Shown here: piece by piece, positions 1 through 9,632 of the stretch
How the letters are laid out: the number at the start of each line of letters is the position of its first letter
Position numbering within the stretch: position 1 is the first letter of the stretch
From: Hyaloraphidium curvatum SAG 235-1
Taxonomy: Eukaryota; Fungi; Monoblepharomycota
NCBI GenBank assembly: GCA_025558095.1
Contig: JAIVFI010000038.1
Location: forward strand, 452,612-516,611
Direction of reading: 5' to 3'
Length of the DNA stretch: 64,000 bases
The notes under the pieces: generated by a model
Databases searched by the model: none
What the model was told of the DNA's origin: nothing
Seen by the model: only the letters and a program-made list of their open reading frames with translations
Made by a program: the position numbers and the translations under genes

Positions 1-89
1 GCATGTTCACCAAGGGGGCGCGGTGGAAGAGGATGTACTGGGTCATCGGCGGCGGGAAGAAGGCGGTGGAGGCGTTCAGCGAGATGTGA
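1..89 (+). CDS. 3' end of an SSUH2-like gene (paralog of 6347-7658), truncated by the window edge
   Basis: Frame from nt 3 reads MFTKGARWKRMYWVIGGGKKAVEAFSEM*, nearly identical to the C-terminus MFTKGARWKGMYWVVGGGKAVEAFSEM* on the minus strand at 6347-6430. Confidence 0.8.
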   Translation, partial: MFTKGARWKRMYWVIGGGKKAVEAFSEM

Positions 90-199
90 GCAGCGGGCAT
101 ACTGGCGTCGGAAGGATTAGGCCGGAGGGACTGGATATAGATCGAATCACAATTCCACATCCATGGACGGCGCAGGTGTTGGCATTCCCGTGGCGGCTT

Positions 200-265
200 G
201 GTCCCGAAGACGAGCAGAGTCCCACGACCGCGGTTGGGGAAGTTTCATCGCCACCGTCGACGGCG
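200..265 (+). pseudogene. decayed fragment of a DUF3237 gene copy
   Basis: 244-265 (ttcatcgccaccgtcgacggcg) is identical to 2096-2117. The preceding bases encode PTTAVG as in the DUF3237 gene, with the NPNGTR codons missing and a frameshift. Confidence 0.55.
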
Positions 266-319
266 ACCTTAAAGGGAACGAATAAACTCGAATCCAGGTG
301 TACAATACTCGCAAAGCGC

Positions 320-1653
320 TCAAAGATTCGCGTAGACAGCCTTCTCGTACTCGTGGAGCAGCGGGATCACCTTGACGTCGCAGAACGGGAAAACTTGGCA
401 GGCGATGACGGCTGAGGGGGCATCAGTCATGAGCACCGAAACAAAGTGCGCGCCTGGGCAGAGCTCACCGGCGACGCCGTTCTTGGGATCCGCCCAGAAG
501 AACGAGTTTGCGAGGCCCGCCCACGTGAGCGTGCCGGCCGGCCGCATGCCCTCGGTGTCCTTGGTGCTCACGGCGCACGCCATGGAGTGCCCGATCGCCT
601 CGCCCGGGATGAATTCGGCGACGTTCGAGTACGGGTAGCATGCCTGGAGGGCCTTGACGTGGATGCCCTCGCCGAGGTGGTTCTTCCCGACGTACTCGTC
701 GACCGTCGCCTTTTTCAGGAGCTGTGGCGAGTCCGAGATGAGGTCCGTGAGGAACTTGAGGTAGTCGGCGGGCGTCGAGCGCAAACCGTGGCCGCCGGGT
801 TGGTAGTCCTGGCCCTCTGGCGGCCCAAAGGCAAACGGACCGAGCGCGCCGCCGTCCGCCGGGCGCAGCGAAAAGGCAACAGCGCGCGGGTCGCCCTTGA
901 TGTCAAAGTAGGTGTTGGTCATTCCGAGCTTGTCTGTGAGCAGCCGCAATGTGAGCCGGATGTCGTCGCGAAACCACATCGAGGGCCAACCAAAGATGGA
1001 CTCCTTGAGCGCCACGTCGAGCGTCTTGCCCGTGATCTTCTCGACAATCAGACCGAGAAAGTCTATGCCGATGGCGTATTCCCAGTCTGTCCCCGGCTCG
1101 AACATGAGCGGCGACTTGAACATTGTCTCCTTGAGGTACGCGAAAATGGTCGGCACGCCCAAAGCCTTGTAAGCTTTTCCGTAGTCTGCGTTGAAGAAGT
1201 CGTATGCGAATCCGGCGGAGTGCGCCCCGAGCTGGAGCGGGGTCGGCTGCGACTTGGCCTTGGCCAGCTTGGGCGAGTCGCCGTCCCATCCCTCGATGAT
1301 CCGGAGGTCTGCCATTTCGGGGAAGATGTCCGAGAGCTTGGCGTGCGGGTCCAGCTTGCCCTGCTCGACGAGCTGGATGGCCGCGACGGACGTGATCATC
1401 CTGGGGAGCGGCGGCGGCCAGGATTCGGCCGGAGACCTCTGCAGAGCCGAGGCACGACCCACTTTGTCATGCTGGCAATCCAGAATGTGGGATTTTCGGG
1501 CGCCGGACCCGCGATGCCATCGTAGACAAGTTTGCCGTTGACGGCCACGGCCGCCGCAATGGTCGGGGCCGCGCCGTCCGCGACGCCCTTGGCGAGCAGC
1601 GCATCGAGCGCAGCCGCGAGTTTCGGGTGCGATGCGGTTGATTTGGCGGACAT
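320..1653 (-). CDS. beta-lactamase/class C fold serine hydrolase (EstB/LovD-like esterase), 3 introns
   Basis: FWIASMTK|MITSVAAIQLVEQGKLD (SxxK) across intron 1401-1462; LMFEPGTDWEYAIGID; GGHGLRST; LTWAGLANSFFWADP; further introns near 932-985 and 411-465; ends YANL*. Confidence 0.9.
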
Positions 1654-1957
1654 CGTCGCCCTTCAGGAGAGTTTCGAAATGCGCAATCGGGCTGAGGCAC
1701 CGAACCCGATGATTGCGATGCGAAGCACGTCCCCCGTTTACAGGGGCGGCCTTTCTGAATCGCCTGCGGCCGCTCCCGCCACCTTCGTCAGCTCCCGTGT
1801 CTGCCCCTCTATCCCACGCTGGAGGCTGATTCTGGGCTGTGGACCTTTGCCTCACTTCCGGCAAATACTACGCGGTGTCGTGATCGCGGAACTGTCTCCC
1901 GCGTTCACACCGTCCCGTCTGCGAGCCGTCTTGCCGCCGCCCGCCTCATCTGAAGCG

Positions 1958-2613
1958 ATGGCCGCCTCCCGCGCCGACCAGATCGCGTCGCACCTCGGCG
2001 CATCGCCCCTCAAATCGCGCCTCCTGTTCCGCATGTCCCTCAAAACCGGCGCGGTGCCGACCACCGCCGTCGGGAAGAACCCCAACGGCACGCGGTTCAT
2101 CGCCACCGTCGACGGCGGGACCGTCGAAGGCCTGGTGAACGGCAAGGTCGTCGGGCCGGCGGCGGACTGGGTGCTCGTGCGCGGAGACGGGAGCAACGGC
2201 ATCGACGTGCGCCTGACGTGGGGCCCTGTGCGGCGCGATGGGACCGCGATTGACGGAGGCATGCCGGCAGGATCGTGACGGAGGACAACGAGGCGATCTA
2301 CATGACGTACACGGGGGTGCTGGTCGGGAAGAAGGCGCACGCGGAACTGGTCGCCAAGGGCGCGCTGGAGGACGCGGAGCCGGTGCGGACGGCGGTCAGG
2401 TTCGAGACGGCTTCGGAAAAGTACGCAGATGCGGGAGGTGGTGATTGTGGGGCTGATTCGGTGCGGCAGGCACGCGTTTCTGAACACCACTGTGGCCGTG
2501 GGCCGCGGCAAGACGGTGCCCGGCGGGGTCATCTACGAGGTGGGCAAGACGGACGCTGTCTTGGAAACTAGCTGACATGCGCCTTCCTCCGGCAGGTCTT
2601 CGGGATTCTATGA
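1958..2613 (+). CDS. DUF3237 family beta-barrel protein, 3 introns, N-terminal PTS2-like nonapeptide
   Basis: GTRFIATVDGGTVEG...GPAADWVLVRGDG...IDVRLT|IVTEDNEAIYMTYTG...RTAVRFETASEK|HAFLNTTVAVGRG...VIYE|VFGIL*; N-terminus contains RADQIASHL. Confidence 0.8.
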
Positions 2614-2808
2614 CACCTCCTCGCGCGCTTAGGACGACCGACGTGACGAGTGTGGATGAAGGTGGATCAAGGGGCGAAAGGGCAAACGTGACGCAGGTGA
2701 GGAGCAACAGGGAGACTGTGCAGTAGGATCCCGACCACTTACGCGGGCAACACCCGCGCTCTATCAAAGTCTCCGCCGTCCCGCCCGCCATCCCTCCCAC
2801 CCGGCCCC

Positions 2809-3633
2809 TCAAAGCCTCGCCCCCTCCCCCCCGTGCCCCACCGCGCGCCCGTAAAACAGCCTCTGCGTGAGCTCCGACAGCCGCATGTCCGGCCTGTCCC
2901 CGTACGTCAGCACGGCGTTGATCCGCGTCCTTTGCCCCTCCACTTTCGTGACGCGGTGCAGCGCGCGGTGCCCGCGGAACAGGGCGAGGGTGCCGGGCCC
3001 CGTGGAGATGCGCACGCGGCCTTCGGGGTGGCCCTCGATCGCGCGGCGCACGCCGTCGAAGTTGGGGCGGTCGTCGGTCCGCAGCGCGGGGAAGTAGTCA
3101 AAGTCCCCGCCGCTCTCGGGCTCCTGCAGCATCAGCGTCACGGAAAACTCCGAGTTGTCAAAGTGCCAGCCCAGCTCCTGGCCCGGGCGGAACGACGCGA
3201 TCTCGCAGCAGTCCAGCGGGTCGGCCGACCTGTACAGCGGCGAGATGCCCAGCGCGGCGCCGACAAAGGCCGTCATGGCGTCGTTCTGGTACAGCTGCTT
3301 CAGGGGGGATCCGGCGGGGATGCGGTCCCACGCCAGCGCCCTCTTTGCCGATCGCACGGTGCGCCTTAAAGGGTGGCCTTCGTCCAGGGAGGCGTCGGGC
3401 TCCGTGAAATAGACCGTGTGGGTGCTCTCGCTGGCCCACTCCTTGTCGGTCGTCTCGGCGGCCAGCGCGAGGATTTCGGCGACGGCGTCGGGGCGCACGA
3501 AGCCGTGCAGCTGGCAGATGCCGGTGCTTTCCAGGGCGGCGCGGCACGAGGCGACGAAGGCGGCGCCGCGGGGGGAGCGCAGGTCGTCGATGGGGAACCT
3601 TTCCAGGTCGACGATGGAGCCGAGCGGGGCCAT
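2809..3633 (-). CDS. Fe(II)/2-oxoglutarate oxygenase, bacterial-type (BesD/HalD-related clade, HxD hydroxylase type), intronless
   Basis: ELGWHFDNSEFSVTLMLQ...GGDFDY...GTLALFRGHRALHRVT...R gives an HxD...H facial triad and the 2OG-binding Arg; ends GARL*. Confidence 0.85.
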   Translation of the reverse strand: MAPLGSIVDLERFPIDDLRSPRGAAFVASCRAALESTGICQLHGFVRPDAVAEILALAAETTDKEWASESTHTVYFTEPDASLDEGHPLRRTVRSAKRALAWDRIPAGSPLKQLYQNDAMTAFVGAALGISPLYRSADPLDCCEIASFRPGQELGWHFDNSEFSVTLMLQEPESGGDFDYFPALRTDDRPNFDGVRRAIEGHPEGRVRISTGPGTLALFRGHRALHRVTKVEGQRTRINAVLTYGDRPDMRLSELTQRLFYGRAVGHGGEGARL

Positions 3634-4034
3634 GCCGCGCACGCAACCGTGACCGCTGCTGAACAAAGGTGATGAAGGCAGCAGAGGGCGGGCCGGCGCT
3701 GCGGGCTCCGTGCGATATGAGCAATGTGGCGGCGGGGGCAAGTCGGCGGCGAGGCGGACGCTCCAAAACATACACGTACCGGGTCCCTCGGGTCTTCTTC
3801 GGACCAGCCGCCGTCGGATTGCCAAAGAATGATGTTGCGCTGATGGAAACTGTGTTTCTGGATCGGCGGTGATCGAGAGCCAGACCAAGCCGGGGAGGAG
3901 GATCAAGCCGGTGCGCAAGCTCAAGGCGACGGCCGCGGCGCCGCACAAGCTGTGAAGCGGACGTAGCCTGCGCTTCGGATCGGCTGCTTCCGGCAGAATC
4001 GATTTCGGAACCAGATGGCGGATGGAGCGGGCCG

Positions 4035-5687
4035 CTACTCGTCCGACGCCAAGAACCTTACCCTGGCCTCCCTCTCCCTCGCCGACCCGCTCGCCAGCTC
4101 CACCGGCTCCACCGCGATCCTCTCCTCCGCCCTCTTCCCGTCCCTGAGCCTCAGCACGTCCACCTCGACCCTGCTGAACACCCTGGTCCCCGGGGGCCGC
4201 ATGGCCGCCCGCCCGCAGACGGGGGAGAAGGCGTACACGCGGTCGTACATCTCCTTGCCGCTGCCCACCGGCTCGCCGGCCACGCGGACGATCAGGTCGC
4301 CCTCGCGCAGGCCGGCGCGGGCGGCGGGGCCGGCGGGGTCGAGCGACATGACGAGGAGGCCGCCGAGGGTGCCGTTCCACCCCTCGTACCGCTCGGGGAG
4401 CGAGGCGAGGAGGAGGTCGTCCAGGGTGCGGAGGCCCAGGTAGGGCCGCGGGGGAGGGGGGAGCGTGGCGGGGTCCGTGGGCTGCGTGGGGTGGCCCAGG
4501 ATCATGCTTCGGACGAGGCAGCGCACGGTGGCGTCGGCACGGATGGCAAAGGTCGCGAGGTCGTTGCCCCCCGCCGAGGCGGCGACGGGGTCGAAGGAGG
4601 TGGTGGTGATCCCCAGCACGTGCCCCGTGCGGAGGCTGAGCAGCGGGCCGCCCGAGTTGCCCTTGCGGACCTGCGCGTCCGTTTGGAGGAAGTCGATCCC
4701 GGGGTCGGACTTGCCCAGCACGGCAGAGGGGCGGGGGTAGCTCCCCAAGATGCCCGAGGTGACCGAGTAGGCGAGGCCTTTGGGGTTGCCGATGGTGCAG
4801 ACCTGCGTGCCCGGCTCGATCTCCTCGTCCTCCTCGACCGCGCGCGTGGGGGGAAGCGGGGCGAAATGCAGGGGGACGAATTTCGCCGGCGGGTGGTCCG
4901 AGAGCTCCGAGATCTCGGCGGTGACCTTGAGCACGGCCAAATCGGAGAGCGAGTCGTAGCCCACGACGTCGGCGGCGTACTTGCGGCCCTTGCTGTCCTG
5001 CACCGTGATCCTGCGCGGCGCGTTGCGGTCCAGCCCGTGGGTGGCCTCGCGGGCCGAATGGCAGTCGGGCGAGAGCACGTGGGCGTTGGTGAGGATGTGG
5101 CCGTGGGTGGAGATGACGAACCCCGTGCCGGTGCCGTGCTGCGCACGGTCGAGCGAGCCTGGGCGGGCCATGGAGGCGGGGCCGACGCGGGGCGCCTTGG
5201 GGGGGAGCGGCAGCTCGACGTGGATGAGGAATGTCGACTGCAGCGAGCGGGCGATGTTGTGCGGGTGGTGGTGGCCGTCGCCGGGAGGGGCGTCGGCGAA
5301 CAGGCCGGGCGAGAACTCGAGGGGCGTGCCGGGGGCGACTGCCGGCACCATGCCGTTCCCGAGGGGTGCCGAAGTGCCAATATCGGAATTCAGGTCCATA
5401 ATCGGGTCCGCCCCCTTGGGGGGTTTAGAGTCCGTGGTCGAACCAAGGAACGACAGCCGGCCGCCGCCCATTCCCATCCCGGGCGCCGCCACCCGCCGCA
5501 GCGCCGCGAAGCCGTCTCTCAGCGTCGCGTACGCGCGGTCCTTTGCCTCCTCGACGCGCAGTCGCCGCCACTCGTCGTCGTCGCGCGGCGAGAGCGCAAA
5601 CACCGCGGCCGCCGCGGCGCCCGCAAACGCGGCCGCGGGGGGCCGCCGCGCCCCGCGCAGGGCGAGCGGCACCGCACGGCGCGCCAT
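4035..5687 (-). CDS. HtrA/DegP-family serine protease with C-terminal PDZ domain, probably mitochondrial
   Basis: GTGFVIS..GHILTNAHV (His), SDLAVLKV (Asp), GNSGGPL (Ser); PDZ-like YLGL...GPAARAGLREGDLIVRV; Arg/Ala-rich presequence MARRAVPLALRGARR. Confidence 0.9.
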   Translation of the reverse strand: MARRAVPLALRGARRPPAAAFAGAAAAAVFALSPRDDDEWRRLRVEEAKDRAYATLRDGFAALRRVAAPGMGMGGGRLSFLGSTTDSKPPKGADPIMDLNSDIGTSAPLGNGMVPAVAPGTPLEFSPGLFADAPPGDGHHHPHNIARSLQSTFLIHVELPLPPKAPRVGPASMARPGSLDRAQHGTGTGFVISTHGHILTNAHVLSPDCHSAREATHGLDRNAPRRITVQDSKGRKYAADVVGYDSLSDLAVLKVTAEISELSDHPPAKFVPLHFAPLPPTRAVEEDEEIEPGTQVCTIGNPKGLAYSVTSGILGSYPRPSAVLGKSDPGIDFLQTDAQVRKGNSGGPLLSLRTGHVLGITTTSFDPVAASAGGNDLATFAIRADATVRCLVRSMILGHPTQPTDPATLPPPPRPYLGLRTLDDLLLASLPERYEGWNGTLGGLLVMSLDPAGPAARAGLREGDLIVRVAGEPVGSGKEMYDRVYAFSPVCGRAAMRPPGTRVFSRVEVDVLRLRDGKRAEERIAVEPVELASGSAREREARVRFLASDE

Positions 5688-6346
5688 ATTGCCCGGAAGG
5701 AGGCGGCACAGGGGAACGGACGCGTGACTGACGTGTTGGAGTGGCGGTGGCGATGACGGCGAGGGACCCACGGGCCACGATGACTCAACTTATCAACTTG
5801 CCCCGCAATCAGTGAAGACGAGGAACGATATATGAAACTCACTCAAAGACATCAAAGACAACGACATCCGACGAGCCTGCGCGCGGGGTTTCGAACAACC
5901 TAGGCGTCCAGCTTGACCTCGAGGACCAGCACCTCGGGAACGACTGGGGCCTCCTGCCCGAAACCGCCCCCGGGTCGTCCGCAGGAGCTCCCGCGCTCCC
6001 CTCCGGTGCCACTTCCAGCCCGCGTTCGAGCTCCTTGAGGGACATGTCCGGGTAGGCAGAGGCAGAAGGGGGCTTGGACGAGGGGACTGTCCTCCTTCGC
6101 TTCGCTCCGTCGTCGGCCCCTCGTGGCCGGTTAGACCGTAGGTCCTTATGAAGTCTTCCTGCGCGAACTCCCTGGGTTCTCGTCCCTATCTCCTGTCTCC
6201 TGTTGCCGGAAGGGGGGAGTGGGAGTTCCCCCCCCAAGGCTCCCAACCCGAGGGTCTCGCCGATCGTCCGGACAATCCGATCGTGAAGGACACATTCGGC
6301 CGCCACCGCTGGAGTGACCGAGTCCACGGCTTTGGTTGCGCGCTGC

Positions 6347-7658
6347 TCACATCTCGCTGAACGCCTCCACCGCCTTCCCCCCGCCCACGACCCAGTACAT
6401 CCCCTTCCACCGCGCCCCCTTGGTGAACATCCCGTCCTCCGCTCCGCGCCCCTTGATTGCGTCCGCCCTGACCGCGAGCGCCGCGCGGACCGAGGTGCGC
6501 ACCGAGACGACCTTGGTGCCGACCTTCCATTGCTCGCCGGGGGGGAGCGAGGGCTCGGCGTGGGCGGAGGCGCGGAGATCAGAGAGGAGCGAGTCGGTGC
6601 TTGGGGGGAGGTCGCAGCGGAGGGGGGTGAAGCCGGGGATCTGCGAGGGAGGGGGCGAGTGAGATAACGGCGGAATAGAGGAGAGGCGAGATGGAGCACA
6701 CCGGATTGCGAAAGCTGTCGACGAGCACGTCGAACACGGGCTTGCCGCCGGAGGGGAGCAGCTCTTTGAGTAGGTCGCCCTTCAGCTGCCCCTTGAGCCT
6801 GTTCTGCGCCGCCGGGGTGGGCGCCGGTACCGTCCCCGCGGCCACCTCTGCCGACAGGTCCGCCGGGTCGAGTTTGGAACCGGAGGTGTCGACGGCGTCC
6901 AGGCCCGTGTACATGCACAGCTCCCACCCGACCTCGACGACCCCGTAGGCCACCGTAAACAGGCTGCCCCTACACCGCGGGCAGACGACGCTCCCAGAGT
7001 TGCCGCACGGTTCGCAGGAAACCACGCCCGTGCCGGTGCAGTTGTAGCACATGTTGGTGTAGGAATGCCGGTGCCGGTGGTGCGTCACGTATCCGGAGCC
7101 CCAGCAGACCTCGCACTCCCGCCTGCCGGCCCCGTTACACGTCGAGCAGGCCACCCTCCCCGCCTGGCCGCATCCGGCGCACCGCATCTGCCGCTCCGTC
7201 TGCGGCATGCGGACCCGCACCTGGCCCGTTCTGTTGGTATCGGAGAGAGCGGGCTGCTGCACCGGCATGCTCCACACGGGAGGAGGCTGCGCCGGCGGCA
7301 CGGGGTACCCGTTCCATGGTTCTTCCTGAGCGACCACATTGCGCTTCTCGCGGACGGCGGCCACGCGGCAGGCCAGCAAGACGACCGGCGGCCGCAGCTC
7401 GATGCCGTAGCGGCCGAATCGCGCGCCCGTGTTCTGGAAAATGTCCTTCATCGAGTGCTCCTCCTTGAACTCGGCAATCAGGAGCGATTTGAGCTCCTCC
7501 GAGTCGGGGTCCGAGGGCGGCGTCGGCAGCGCGAGGGCGGCCAGCCAATCTGACCGGAGCGGGGCAGACTCGTAGGTAGGAGGAGGCCCCTCGGGGGCCA
7601 CCACGTCGCCCGGTGGCGGCGCATACGGGTCGTACGCTGGCGATGGAGGTGCCGACAT
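6347..7658 (-). CDS. SSUH2-like protein with DnaJ-type CxxCxGxG zinc-finger repeats, 1 intron (~6640-6700)
   Basis: CAGCGQAG, CSTCNGAG, CEVCWGSG, CYNCTGTG, CEPCGNSG, CPRCRG repeats preceded by EPWNG..PPPVWSMPV; no J-domain; stop TGA at 6347. Confidence 0.7.
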
Positions 7659-7741
7659 GTCGAGGCGAAGGAGGAGTGGACCCCGCCGGCTGCGGCAAAC
7701 CCCTTGCTCTCAGACCTACTCGAACCGCTGACGAGGCATGA

Positions 7742-9148
7742 ATGCCCGACGGGCCGGGCGATAACGGGGACGATGGCGGGGATGATCCTTTACCGAGGAG
7801 CGAGGGCGATTCGCGTGCCGGTCTGGCGGCGGAGGGCGCCGGCGTGCTCGGGTCTTCTCCGTCGCCGGGACCACCGAATCGCCAGAGGACGCCCGCTGCG
7901 CCAGACTCGGAAAATGACATCGGGTCCAACTTTTCTGAAATTGGGACGCGGGGAGGACAGCCTGGCGGCGGCGAGTTTAGGCACCGGCCTGCTCCCGCCG
8001 ACGGGGAGAACGTCAGGGCCGCCAACGGATTCGCGATCCCGCCTCGGACGGCGTCACTTCCCTCCGCAAACCGAACCAAAGCGCGCAGGGAGGCGGGGAA
8101 TCGCCCGTCATTGCTTCCTCTGGGCCTCTTGCTAGCGATTCTCCTCCATCTTTCTTTGCTTCCGCGGTCTTCACCGCCCCCGCCGGCGACAGGCACGTCG
8201 TGCTTCCTCGCCGCACTGCCCCGCCCCCTCCGCATCGTCGACGTTCCCCTTCCCGGACCGCAGGGTGGGATATTGACCTACCCACTTGCCCTGCACCCCC
8301 CAGGCAACGACATCTACCTCTCCGACCCCCTGTTCGACGCGCTCATCGCGGACCGCCCGCACCCCTTCCGCGACCTGCACCTCCGCTTCGTCGCCGCGGC
8401 AGCCCGCGCAACGGATCGGTATGGCCACCCTTCCGCAGCATCGGCTGTCGACGTCGGCGCGCACCTGGGGATCCACGCGGTGACGCTCCGCGCGCTGGGC
8501 TTCCGCGTGCTCGCCGCCGAGCCGCACCCGGCCTCGCACAGGTTATTGGAGTGCAACGGCGCGTTCAGACCTCCTCTGGGTGCCGGCAACCTCACCCTTC
8601 TCCGCGCCGCGGTCACCTCGCACCCGCCACCCGCCCCGGGCACGTTACACCTCTCCACGCCGTACCCCTCCAACATCGGGCACTCCCTTCTCGTCCCCTC
8701 CCCCGACCCCACTTCCACCCCCGTCGCCCTGACCTCGCTGGACGAACTCTCTCGGCTGCTCCCTGCCCTGCCGTGGCTCCTCAAGGTCTCTGCCGAAGGC
8801 CACGAGCCCGCGATCCTCTCGCGCACCTCCGTGCTGCGCTCCCCCGCCACCCGCCCGCGTTACATCGCAGTCCACATGGACGCCCCCTCCATGCTCCGCG
8901 ACGCCGGACGCGGGGGGGCGGAGCCCGAGTCCCTCTTCGCTGCGTTGTTCGGCAACGGGTACCGCCTCTTTGCCCGGCTCCCCGGCGGGATGGACAGGGT
9001 GGACAAGGCGCATGCGGCTCACGGGGTGCTGAAGGGGGATAGGGAGGTGGTGCTCGGCGGGGCGGACCTGCGGGGGGTTGTAAGGGAGGGAGGGTGGTTG
9101 TGGGCGGTGCACGGGGACGAGATCGGGGGCAGCCAGGGGGAGGAGTGA
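7742..9148 (+). CDS. FkbM-family (Methyltransf_21) methyltransferase with one TM anchor
   Basis: TM LLPLGLLLAILLHLSLL; VDVGAHLGIHAV...VLAAEP; LTSLDEL..LLKVSAEGHEP (variant of KIDVEG). Start codon uncertain. Confidence 0.75.
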   Translation: MPDGPGDNGDDGGDDPLPRSEGDSRAGLAAEGAGVLGSSPSPGPPNRQRTPAAPDSENDIGSNFSEIGTRGGQPGGGEFRHRPAPADGENVRAANGFAIPPRTASLPSANRTKARREAGNRPSLLPLGLLLAILLHLSLLPRSSPPPPATGTSCFLAALPRPLRIVDVPLPGPQGGILTYPLALHPPGNDIYLSDPLFDALIADRPHPFRDLHLRFVAAAARATDRYGHPSAASAVDVGAHLGIHAVTLRALGFRVLAAEPHPASHRLLECNGAFRPPLGAGNLTLLRAAVTSHPPPAPGTLHLSTPYPSNIGHSLLVPSPDPTSTPVALTSLDELSRLLPALPWLLKVSAEGHEPAILSRTSVLRSPATRPRYIAVHMDAPSMLRDAGRGGAEPESLFAALFGNGYRLFARLPGGMDRVDKAHAAHGVLKGDREVVLGGADLRGVVREGGWLWAVHGDEIGGSQGEE

Positions 9149-9632
9149 ATCGAATCGGGCTGCGGATTTTGCTGCACTGCTGATAGTGTGTCATGCGCGT
9201 CGTCGCCATCTGACTTGTGGTCGCCGTGAAGGTCCCTGCGCATCGAGCAGCTGGAGATCGATCACCGAGAGGGACGGACAGCGCGGCAAGGTTCGTCGAG
9301 ACAGGAAGAGCGGAGGAGGCTGCTGGACTGCTTGAAGGTGCTGATGGCAGCGGAGCACGTCGAGCTGTCGACGCGGAACCTCGGGGCACTGCTGCGGTGG
9401 GGGAGGGAGAACCTGCCGGAGACTGGAACGTGCAGTAGGACCTGGAGTGTTGGCGATGCGCTCGAATCTCCCATTGTCTGTTGGCTGATCTATACACGGC
9501 AAGCCGATCAGGTGCAGCACTTGCGCCAGCTGCATACGCGGACCACCACCGGTTCCGTGCAGCACGAACGGCTCTACTAACTTCCGATCCTGCGTACCTC
9601 CCCAACCCCCCATCCCCGGTCCCGGTCCCCAA

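Noticed and set aside
2809-3633. Radical halogenase call
   Set aside because: The HxD motif retains Asp; halogenases have HxG or HxA.
5839-6340. Possible small gene between HtrA and the SSUH2-like gene
   Set aside because: Fragments lie in different frames with no clear splice sites or domain.
9150-9580. Lower-GC spacer with short ORFs, possible TE or gene relic
   Set aside because: No motif, repeat or terminal structure identified.
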